The notes under the pieces: generated by a model | The model's input: only the letters and a program-made list of their open reading frames with translations | Databases searched by the model: none | What the model was told of the DNA's origin: nothing | NCBI RefSeq assembly: GCF_001194135.2 | Contig: NC_068984.1 | Coordinates: 70,343,867 to 70,385,023 of the forward strand | Origin: Octopus bimaculoides | Lineage: Eukaryota | DNA: 41,157 nt | Direction: 5' to 3' | Shown here: piece after piece, positions 11,468-21,809 of the stretch | How the letters are laid out: every line of letters begins with the position of its first letter | Numbering within the stretch: the first letter of the stretch is position 1 | Translations under genes and position numbers: made by a program

Positions 11468-12810
11468 CAAATTGGGAAGTTTGGGTGCTAGCATTGTGTG
11501 AGTAAATTTTGGTGAGTTTTTCAATAGATAGAATGAATATGTGCATCAGTGTGTGCGTGTGTGCGTATGTGTGTGCTAAGGCATGTTTCAAAGATACGGT
11601 GTACTATAGTATTGTATGGTTGAATGCATGTTCATTATAAATAACTTTTTGTATGTGCATATGTGTTATTCAAATACAAGTCTAGGCCAATGAATGGCAT
11701 GACTGCCAGCCAAGTACATGTGTGAGTTTGTTCAGCTTAATGTGGGGGTGATGTAATCAGCATTTTAGTTAATGCTAACATAAATAATATTTCTATGCAT
11801 ATGAGTGCATGTGAAGATTGAAAATGCATCTGGAAGGAACAAGTTAAATCCTAAAGTGTAAAAATCAAAAGCAAGAATACCAATGTATCTGAATAACTAG
11901 TATTTGTGGTAGTGGTGGATGATACTAAATAGCTCTAAAAAAAAGAAAAGGCTTGATCAACTGGGGAGTGTAAACTGGGTTTACTGTGTTTATGTGTAGT
12001 ATAGTAATATTCTTTTATCTATGTTTTTAAAGAATCATTTATAATTATGAAATCTTTAGTTTGTTTTCCTGCCATGTGTGTTTAATGCTTTTGCATTTCT
12101 ACTTGGTTGGTTTTTATAGAGATGACACCTATCTCAAGAATCATTGTTTTTATGCTGCAGGATTTGGGTAGTATGCATATATTAGGGTTCGTGTATGAGC
12201 AGGCACCACCAATTTTCTTTGAGGGTGCGTTTTAATATTATATTCTTCATATTTGTTGTATAACTATAGCTAATTTCAAAGTTTTGTCTGTTAAAAAGCT
12301 ATATTTGTCTATAGTGAATTTGGAAGTGGTTTGTTTTTAAAAGTTAGTAAGTCTTTTCGTATAAGAGATTTTACACTTAAAGAGAAAGGAAATGTGAACC
12401 ATACAATATTACTATACATCTGCTTCAAGAATATAATTATATGAAACACCTACAGACTTAACCCTTCTATATCCAAAACTTGCTGTACCCTTGATTTTGC
12501 AAAGAACTACAGCACAATAGAAGATAATTATATTATTATAATAATGCATTCAAAGAAGATACTATGGTAAAATAAGAATTCTGTCTTGGTAAAAAACATG
12601 ACTGAATATTGGTGTAAACATGAAACATATGTACTTTCGGAGGACACTAAATTTTAGTTACACAAAATTTGAGTTGTTTTCCCACCAGATTTAGGTCATT
12701 AAATGGACAATGTATTAGATATAACTAAAAGCACTTACAGTAATGTCTTACACTACATCATGATAAAATCCTTTTAGTGCACACATTTGATTCAATATTT
12801 AAACAGTCTA

Positions 12811-13045
12811 GGGTGGCTAGCTGGCAGAATCGTTAGCACACAGGGCAAAATGCTTAGAGGTATTTCGTCTGCCATTACATTCTGAGTTCAAATTCAGGCG
12901 AGGTCAACTTTGACTTTCATCCTTTCGTGGTCGAGTAAATGAGTACCAGTTGTGCACTGGGGTTGATGTAATCGACTTAAAACCCTTTGTCAGTCCTTGT
13001 TTGTCACCTCTATGTTTATCCCCCTATGGGAAATAAAGAAATAGA
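12811..13045 (+). mobile_element. tRNA-headed SINE, family A, tail type 2
   Basis: CTGGCAGAATCGTTAGCAC...TCTGAGTTCAAATTC...GTACCAGTT...TAATCGACTTAA then CCCTTTGTC..CTTGTTTGTC..CTCTATGTTTA.CCCC...AATAAAGAAATAG. Confidence 0.9.
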
Positions 13046-13699
13046 TATTTAGACAGTCTACAGACAAAAACATAAATACTTGAGGCAGAGACGGAATGCA
13101 CCCACTCTCCTGAGGAAAAGTACGAATGTTAAGGTAACACCAATGCAACTACACATCAGCCATAAATAATCCACCACCATTATGACTCAAGGAAATTATG
13201 AACAATAAAATGATGATAATGATGACAATAATAGAAAAAAATCACATAGACAAAAATCTAGTAAGGCTGTGCAAATAACTCAATTTTATATCATATGTTC
13301 TACTGCAGAACAATACTACAGTATTGCAACACAAAAAAATAACTGACTCATCAATGATATATGTATGTTGTTGTTGTCATCCTCAGTGGCACCAATAGCA
13401 ATGATGGTGTTGTTGTTTTATGTTCACTTTCTATATTGGCATGAGTGGAATGGGGCATTATAGTGAGTTAGCATCTATGTGGGAATGCTATTCATTTAGA
13501 AGTTTCATTTTTGGATTGGTTTCTACAGCCATATACCATTCCTAATACAAACCTTTTTACAGACTTTACTGTGTGCTTTTGTTTTTGGCACCATCACATG
13601 ACGAGCCTAAAGAATCCTCTCAAACTTTCTCTTTACAGAGTAAACTAGATGCACGTATTTTGTGGAACCAGCACTAAAAAAGTAACAATATACACAACA

Positions 13700-14325
13700 A
13701 GAATAGGTAAACTGCTTATCCCTAATAGTTGCTGGAGAGGGATGAGTAATACAGGCATTCAGCATTTTGATACAAGTATGCAGATTTAAGGCAATGTGAG
13801 CAAGAGGATAGAGTGAAAGCAGAGGTAATATGAATAGCAGAGGATAAAGTGAGGACAAAGTTAGAACAAGGACTTGAGGACAGAAAAAAGCAAGAGAATA
13901 ATGACAGGAAGAGGGAATGGAAGAAGGCCATAAAGAGAACCAGGGTGTGTGGTTAAAAAGAGCAAGATTATAACGGCTAGCAAAGTGAACAAAGAGACAA
14001 TTGGCAATAGAGGAGAGATGACGGTAGTGAGGGTAAAGTGTACTGCATACAATAGGTCCCAGATGTTATGGTCTCTTAAGGATAGAGAGAATGAATGGCG
14101 AGGGTAGTGATAGGGGAATTGAAAGGAGAAAGGATCAGTATATAGATTGTTATGGGTGACAAGAAAGTGATTCATGGGGAAATTAGGGAAAAGAGACTAT
14201 ACTGGGCATAGGGGTTTGAGTGGTGAAGATTTCAGTAGAGAGTCCCATACCAATAGGTGAATGTGGGTATCTGGAAAGTGGGAGGTAGGGAGATGAGTGA
14301 ATATCAAGATGCAAGGGAGGTAATG
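13700..14325 (-). mobile_element. Probable Penelope-like element remnant (linker and GIY-YIG region)
   Basis: Purine-rich + strand; minus frames give HNNLYTDP, SLRDHNIWDLL and IHITSAFTLSSCSHCLKSAYLYQN, weakly resembling PLE linker and C..C.LYIGQT motifs. Confidence 0.4.
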
Positions 14326-14490
14326 ACCATTCTTTTCTACTCTAGGCACAAGTGAGGGAGCCAGTCGAGTAGATCGACCCCAGTACACAAGTGGTACTTA
14401 ATTTATCGGCCTCTAAAGGATGAAAGGCAAAGTTGACTTCGGCAGAATTTGATCTCAGAACGTAAAGACAGCATTTCACCCAGCGTGCTA
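14326..14490 (-). mobile_element. Family A SINE, tail type 1, partial
   Basis: TTCTTTTCTACTCTAGGCACAAG...GTCGAGTAGATCGACCCCAG...GGTACTTAATTTATCG. Confidence 0.85.
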
Positions 14491-14492
14491 GT

Positions 14493-14733
14493 ATTTCTTA
14501 TTTTTTTATTGCCCACAAGGGGCTAAATATAGAGGAGACAAACAAGGACAGACAAAGGGATTAAGTCGATTACATCACCCCCAGTGCACAACTGGTACTT
14601 AATTTATCGACTCTGAAAGGATGAAAAGCAAAGTCAACCTCAGCAGAATTTGAAACCAGAACATAACAGCAGACGAAATACCACTGAGCATTTTGCCCCG
14701 TGTGCTAGAGTTTCTGCCAACTTGCCACCTTGA
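14493..14733 (-). mobile_element. Family A SINE, tail type 2, full length
   Basis: Reverse complement of the 12811-13045 type copy, from TTTCTTATT to TTTCTGCCAACTTGCCACCTT. Confidence 0.9.
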
Positions 14734-14879
14734 GGTGGTGGCCATTGAATCATACATGTTGAGTGATGGATATATGTTTGACAGGAAAGTGGCTGGAAAG
14801 AGGATGAGAGTGTGTAAAAGTATAGAGAAGAGTCAAATAGTAGACTTGGTGTCAGATATATCTCTGCACCTGGTGCAGA

Positions 14880-15185
14880 GGATTGACCTGCAAGTGCTGG
14901 TGCCATGTAAAAGCAACTGTACAGTGCCATGTACAAGCATCTGTGTGTTGCCAAATAAAAGTACTTGTGCAGTGCGACTTAGAGCACCCATGCGGTGCCA
15001 CATAAGTTGCCAGCACACTCTGTAAGGTGGTTGGCATTAGGAAGGGCATCCAGCCTTAGAAACCATGCCAAAACAGACTGTAGCTTGGTGCAGCTCTCCA
15101 GCTTACCAGCCTTGGTCAAACCATCCAACCCATGCCAGTATGGACAACAGATGCTAAATAATGATGGTGATGAAGATGATGATGA
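14880..15185 (+). mobile_element. SINE family C 3' part with internal short tandem units and (GAT)n tail
   Basis: GTGCCATGTAAAAGCA-like units, GGTTGGCATTAGGAAGGGCATCCAGC, CCAACCCATGCCAG, ending in GATGATGAT. Confidence 0.85.
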
Positions 15186-15314
15186 TATAAATACAAACAC
15201 CTACTTACATGCAGTTTTAGGCTTGCACATGCACATGAATCTATTATGTCAGTCTATATCTCTACCATCATTCTTGTGCCATTTAAGGTAACATTTAATT
15301 TGCACAGCTCAGTA

Positions 15315-15545
15315 AGCTGTCTATGGTTGAGTCTTGTCCTCCACCACATATCAACCAATCAAAAATCATCCATTGTCATCTCCTGTATGAAATGCAACAT
15401 CCTGAGGTCAGTCTTCACCACCTTCAACCATGTCAGTTATTGTCTTCCTCTTCAACAGATTCCATTTACCTTGTCTGTATGGCACTTCTTTATACAACTG
15501 TCATATTCAATAAACCAGTATAACCTGATCACTACATCTGATTCC
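15315..15545 (-). mobile_element. RTE-clade LINE 3' end fragment
   Basis: Minus strand YDSCIKKCHTDKVNGIC*RGRQ*LTWLKVVKTDLRML (decayed GRGRPRKTW..VV..DL motif). Confidence 0.65.
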
Positions 15546-15607
15546 CCTTATTTAAAATTTTTCTCTCAGCTCATAAAGATTCTATTGTTTGTGCATTCTA
15601 ACATTAC

Positions 15608-15772
15608 ACAATAGGTCCCAGATGGTATGGTCTCTTAAGGAAAGAGAGAATGATGCAAGGGAGGCAGTGACCATTCTTTTCTACTCCAGGCACAAGGGAG
15701 GGAGCCAGTCGATTAGATCGACCTCAGTAAGCAACTGGTACTTAATTTATCGACCCCGAAAGGATGAAAGCC
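15608..15772. repeat. Local duplicate of 14049-14427 with internal deletion
   Basis: Shares ACAATAGGTCCCAGATG.TATGGTCTCTTAAGGA.AGAGAGAATG and the same flank/SINE junction ATGCAAGGGAGG...CCATTCTTTTCTACTC.AGGCACAAG. Confidence 0.85.
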
Positions 15773-16004
15773 TGCATTCTCTTCTTCTTTCCAGTTTCCA
15801 CAAATCCTATGAATTCAGAGACCACATCTTGCTGCATGTAACATTGTAATTCATAGCCATACAACATACAATCTTCTCTTTTGTCTGCAGGAAAAGACTT
15901 GTTACTAGCAGAGTTAATAATTCCATGTACTTTTTCCATTCCCTTCTTACGTCACATCCTATATTTTCAGAACATTAGAATTGTTAATTAGATCACCAGA
16001 TTAC

Positions 16005-16288
16005 CTACCTACCTACCTACCTACCAACATACATACATACATACATACATACATACAAACACACATATATACATACATACATGGTGGTTGTCTACTCCTT
16101 AAACAGAGTTTGACCACCTCCTGCACCTACACCTTAGCCCTTTCATGGCGTCTGATGTGGCTTTTTAAACCAGACAGTGTTTTGAAAAAACACCCACACA
16201 GATTGCACCTCTGATTTGCACTACCAATACCTGCAAGTAAGTTCTGCTCATTGTGGATCCTAACATACATACATACTTACATACATAC

Positions 16289-16319
<31 letters not shown>

Positions 16320-16500
16320 CATACATACAAAAATACCCTGTTGTTGATGTTGAAATTCCAATGAAGAAGCCTTGGATCTAGATTAGAAATTGGCAAGAAA
16401 TCTTGAAATAAAACTGAACAATGACATACATACATACATACATACATACATACATGCATGCATACACACATACATACATTCACACATACACACATGTATA
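16005..16500 (+). repeat. (CCTA)/(CATA)n array carrying two non-repetitive modules (about 16082-16262 and 16331-16423)
   Basis: Direct reading; the second module resembles the 3' UTR of the RLE LINE at 575-700 (AATAC..TG, TGTTG..GAAATT, GAAGC). Confidence 0.6.
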
Positions 16501-17046
16501 TAAGGATATAGATAGAGAAAGAGAGTGGGGAAGGAGGGAGAGAGAGAAGGGGGAGAGAGATTACTATATTGACAATCACAGGGATATAATTTTACAGTCA
16601 TATGTCTGTATGTACAAATATGGATTAGAAACAGAGAAGATCAAGATAAAAGTGATTTCAAATAGTAAACAAAATGTTTATTTTTTTTTTTTTCAGATCT
16701 GTTTGTTATATAGATCTCTATAAATCTGTTTCCTGTATATAAAGTTATGATTTGGGATTGTCACGTTCTGAAATGAAATTATTATGTTTAATTAGTAGTT
16801 TAAAAGGGAAAAAATAAGCCACATGTTAAATTGATGCCTTAAGTGTGATACTTGATTTTCATTATTGATTCATTTGTATCATAACCTAGTCACCCCCATT
16901 GTAATTACTGGTCTCTGTTTTTTATTAGTCCCGACCCAAGATGAACGAAGAGTCAACTGAATGAGTGACTGATAACGAATCAATGACACAATGTGACATA
17001 AATTCTTTGGTAAAAGTTTTCATATCTAACACTTGCTTCCATTCAG

Positions 17047-17047
<1 letters not shown>

Positions 17048-17093
<46 letters not shown>
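17048..17093. repeat. (CT)n microsatellite
   Basis: Direct reading. Confidence 0.95.
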
Positions 17094-17096
<3 letters not shown>

Positions 17097-18299
17097 AACT
17101 GAAACTCTATTTTGTTAAATAAGCAATACTAAATTAAAACCAACAAAAAATACAAGACAAAAGTGGCTGTCCCAAAGTTAATCACTCAAGACATATAAAT
17201 GACAGTTAAATAAGATTGGCAATAAATTTCTTTCTGTTTACATACGTTGATTCTATTTCCAAAAATTCCTTTCAAACTTACAAGAAATTGGCAACAGAAA
17301 GAAGTAAAAGACAAAAGAAAATAGCAATAAAAACAAAAACAAATCCCCAAGATAATTGAGAATTCCCAAACTATCAGGTTCTGACATTTTAAGGTCACTT
17401 TCAGATTTTCTTTCATTGTAGACAGATCAATATGATTTCATCTAGCCCAATATCCACTGCCAGACAAACTTCTCATCAGATTTTATTTACTATATTCTTC
17501 AAATTTATTCTCAGACACTTTAATTCATATTTTGAATAGTTATATATTTAGAGCCCTGCACTGTTGAATATATTTATTGCTCAAGTAGTGACATTTAGGT
17601 TTTCTAGTCCCAATTTCTTCAGACATGATGTTTCACTCAGTTTATTTGTGCACCATCTTCAATGCCCTTATTTTAGCAGATAGATTGGTAGAATCTTTGG
17701 AACAATAGACAAAATATTTTGCCGATACCATGAAGTGAAATTTTTTATGTCTTACTCTCACATCTCTTTATATTTAAAGTTCAAGTCGCACAGAGAACAA
17801 CTTCACCTTTTATATCTCTAGCACAATAATAGCTTTATCCATTTACTGGGAATGATGTAATTGATTTTTTCTCTTCCTCATAATTTGCGGATTTGTGTCT
17901 GTTAGAAATCATTATAAGCAATAACATTAAAGCAGAGTACAGCAGAATCAAAGAGAAGGCTACCTGGCAGTATTCAGTTATGTCCCAACATAGTTTGAGC
18001 TCAAATTCTGAAATGTTCAACTTCACCATGTATCTTTCCAGTGTTGTTAACAAAAAAATGAGTACCAGTCTAATATTGAGTTTCATTGAATAGATTACCC
18101 CCTTTCCATAAAGTATGTTGCATTGTATTGATGTTAGGATTCTTTGCTAGTACAACAGACAAAATGCAATGTGTGATTTAGATCTGTCCCTTGATATTCT
18201 GAGTTCAAATCATACCTCTAAAATTAATTTCATTGAGTATTCCTTTCTCCAAAAGGACTAACTTTGTTGCCATGATGTAAATAATTTATAATTAGTAAT

Positions 18300-18510
18300 A
18301 TTAATAAGGCAGCAAGGTAACAGAATTGAATGCATGCCTAACAAAGTGCTTAGTGATATTTTTTCTTACTTTATGTTTTGAGTTCAAATGTTGCCATGGT
18401 CAACTTCCATCGTTTTTGAAGGTCATTAACACAAGTACTTGTTGAGCACTGGTGTTGATGTAATTGGTTTGTCTCCAATCCCAAACTTTCAAGCTGTGTG
18501 CCTAAAGCAA
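18300..18510 (+). mobile_element. Old degenerate family A SINE
   Basis: TGCTTAGTGATAT..TTTTGAGTTCAAAT..GTCAACTT..AAGTACTTGTTGAGCACTGGTGTTGATGTAAT. Confidence 0.65.
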
Positions 18511-19967
18511 AATGAATTATTGCTAAATCATTAGAAAACTTGTAGCATTGCTTGTGAATCTTTACCTTCTGTTTTCAAATACCTATCAGGTTAACTTGGG
18601 GTTTCTTCCTTCCCAGTTTGATTTTAATCAATTCATCTCTCTATAAAAATTTCTGCTTTTGAGTTAGTACTTTCAGTTAAAAATTATTCGTAGTAGTACT
18701 AGCTAGACAGTGATTTGCCCTAACTAATGAATAGATGAAACTGACAGGCTGCATTTTGTTATATCTCTTTATATAATGTGTTCACATCACAGACACAATC
18801 CAGATAATCAAGCTTCAGTAGTTTCTGACATACACTCAAAAACTGAACTAAGATGATTTCTTTGTTAAAATTTTTTTTCATTTGTCTGTCTCAGCATTCA
18901 TGAAAACTGTCCACACATCAGGTTGGGATATTAGATCAGCATATCCAGTTTAGTTACCAGTTGCCCAACCATGAAAACAATAATATTTGCTTTCATAATT
19001 ACCAGAAGCAGATTATTTTGTTTTTTTCTTTAACCTGATACAAAATAAGATACAAAAATACAAAACAGAATGCAGAAATACAAAACAGGAGGCAAATTAT
19101 AGAATGTCATTGAAAGATACTAATTACTTCACTCTGCTTCTGAAAAGAGTTACAGCTTTATTTTTTTTTTTAAATTCTATTGTTTGTAGTCTGTATCAAA
19201 TTTTCAGTGTTATAGGATAGAAAAATATGTGAGTAGTAAAGGTATCACAGGTTGTATCACGTTTGTTTGTGTAATTGATTCTCTTGGGTGTATCTCAGAA
19301 ACTACTAAATCTACAAAGCTTAAAGTATTATCTTTTAATTTTTGGCAGGAATACAGAGAAGATATATCAAGCTTCTGATCCTGTGTTTAGAAATAAAAAA
19401 ACAGGATCAGGTTTCCCAAGTGTCAAAACACACCTACACATGCACACACTTACACAAACACGGGCAAACACACACAAACACACACACACAATTAAATTCA
19501 TTAAGCCAGTTTTTGTTTTGAAAGCTAATTCCTAGAAACTATTTCAACAATCACAACAACAACAATAACAACAACAATAGTAATGGTTTCTAACAGTTTT
19601 AAAGAATCTATTTCTGATATAAACACTAGGCTGTGCTTTCTAACTTGACTGATTGTTTTTCTATAAACCCTGAAAGAAAGAAATCAAGGTAAATTGACTT
19701 CACCAGGAACTGAACAGAGAATGCAGAGGAATATAAATAAATAAAATAAAGCAATTTCTTCAATGCTATTGATTTCTGATTGCTTATAAGGCTTAGTGAG
19801 CACAACTCTCATGTTTATAGAGTTCAAAAACAAATACTTTAAACATATTGTAGGCTTTTGTTATAGGGGCATTATGTTCATATAAATGAAACTAAAAGCT
19901 GTTCATTAGTCTGTTGCATGAATATCTATTATATACATTTATACTAATTAGATTCATTTTCTTTACT

Positions 19968-20165
19968 AAGCTGGCAGAAATGTTAGCACACCGGGCGAAA
20001 TGCTTAGTGGTATTTTGTCTGCCTTTACGTTCTGAGTTCAAGTTCTGCCTAGGTCAACTTTGCCTTTTGGAGTCAATAAATTAAGTACCAGTTGGCTACT
20101 GGGGTCGATCTAATTAACTGGTCCCCTCCCCAAAGTTTCGGGCCTTGTTCCTAGAGTAGAAAAGT
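19968..20165 (+). mobile_element. Family A SINE, tail type 1
   Basis: AGCTGGCAGAAATGTTAGCACACCGGGCGAAATGCTTAG...TTCGGGCCTTGTTCCTAGAGTAGAAAAG. Confidence 0.9.
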
Positions 20166-20180
20166 ATATTCATTTTTACA

Positions 20181-20330
20181 TGGTTGGCGTTAGGAAGGGC
20201 ATCCAGCTGTAGAAACTCTGCCAAATCAGATTGGAGCCTGGTGTCGCCTCCTGGTCCACCAGTCCTCAGTCAAATCGTCCAACCCATGCTAGCATGGAAA
20301 GCAGACGTTAAACGATGATGATGATGATTC
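20181..20330 (+). mobile_element. SINE family C 3' fragment (little decayed)
   Basis: TGGTTGGCGTTAGGAAGGGCATCCAGCTGTAGAAACTCTGCC...GCATGGAAAGCAGACGTTAAACGATGATGATG. Confidence 0.9.
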
Positions 20331-20586
20331 ACCAGCATAAATGTGTGTATATTGAATATTCCACAAAAACCATATCATATGAGATATTTTTTTTCCTTTT
20401 CAAGCCATTGTATTTCATAGTATTTTTGTTTATTTTTATTATTGCACTCAAAAGTGTATGCATGTGCTGGAAATGGGTATGAAGCATTTTTGCAAATTTC
20501 AGAGCATTAGCTATGATAAATGTGTGATGAGACTAGTCAGAGCAAAAAAGAGGAAGGCATCATGACTCATCGGTCACTGCTCTACG

Positions 20587-20587
<1 letters not shown>

Positions 20588-20617
<30 letters not shown>

Positions 20618-20675
20618 GTTATCAGTGGCAGCAGCAGTAGCAGTAGCGGCAGCAGCCAGTGTAGCAGCAGCAGTA
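20588..20675. repeat. (CAT)n and (GCA/GTA)n trinucleotide repeats
   Basis: Direct reading; explains poly-Ser/poly-Ala in ORF 20520-20864. Confidence 0.9.
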
Positions 20676-21019
20676 CCACTAGGACTAACTAACTGGTCCC
20701 CTCCCCAACTAGCTGTCTCACCTGCTACTTCTGACGTCATCTTTCTGGTCATTGTTGTTTATGTATTTGCCTTTTCTCACACTAGAGTGTGGTGGAGGAA
20801 ACATTTTAAGGCATTATCTTACAGCTGGATACCTTTCCTGATGCTAACCATTCCTGGTTCATAAGTACGGTATTTCATTCCACATCCATGTATGTTGAAC
20901 CACCATTGCTGCCAGACATTTGTTTATGCAGGAACAAAAATACACACACATGCTTATAAATATAATAATAATATGTGTGCTTGTATATACGTTACATGTG
21001 TATGTGAAGTGAAGGTGTT

Positions 21020-21300
21020 TCTCTCTCTCTCTCTTTCACACACACACACACACACACACAGACAGACACACAGACAGACACACACACACACACACACACA
21101 GAGGCACACACACATGCACACATGTATGCATATATAACAGGTTTTCTTATAGACTCTGTCTACCAATTTTCCCTCTGAAGCATTGATCAACCAAAGGCTA
21201 TTGTAGAAGGTACGTGTCTTGTGGATATGAAGATAATTTCTTAAACATATGCTCAGAGTAAAGACCTGCTCTGAATGCTTTGCAACAGACAGGAATCTGC
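21020..21300 (-). mobile_element. Microsatellite plus degenerate family B SINE head
   Basis: (CT)/(CA) runs followed by CTGTCTACCAA..AACCAAAGGCTATTGTAGAAG, the reverse complement of the family B core. Confidence 0.55.
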
Positions 21301-21519
21301 TAAAGGCATTCATTTAATTGTCTCTTATTAGTGAATGTAAATAAGTATCAGTAATCAATCAATAAAGATAATCATAATTAATATAAGCCCAGTGGATATC
21401 TCATTGATTTATCAAACAGATGGTCTCATGTTCAGGTTCTCTATAATCATTTTGGAGTATATTTGAGCAATGAAATTTTAATTAATCTAACATAATTCAT
21501 CTTTGTGAATAGGTGCAGA

Positions 21520-21790
21520 CATGGTTGTTGGGTTAACAATTTATTTTGTGATTTGATCGTTTTGGGTTTTGTTCAATTGCTAGGCACCTTAGGCAAGTAC
21601 CTTCTATTATAATCTTAATTTTACTAATGCCATGGGTGTGAAATTTCATAGAGAGAAACTGTAAGAAAGTCTACTGTATGCACGCATGCACACACACACA
21701 CACACATACACACACACACACACACACATACAGACATGCACACTCACAGGTGTGTGTGTATATGTGTGTGTATCTATGTGTATATGTATA
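21520..21790 (+). mobile_element. Degenerate family B SINE head plus (CA)/(TG) microsatellite
   Basis: GGCACCTTAGGCAAGTACCTTCTATTATA..GAAACTGTAAGAAAG then microsatellite. Confidence 0.55.
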
Positions 21791-21809
21791 CAACTAGCTG
21801 TCTCACCTT

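Noticed and set aside
9888-11524. ORFs of 95-294 aa
   Set aside because: They run through N gaps and microsatellites and are not real reading frames
15742-15939. 65-aa minus-strand ORF
   Set aside because: Its C-terminal part reads into a SINE; no homology or donor site
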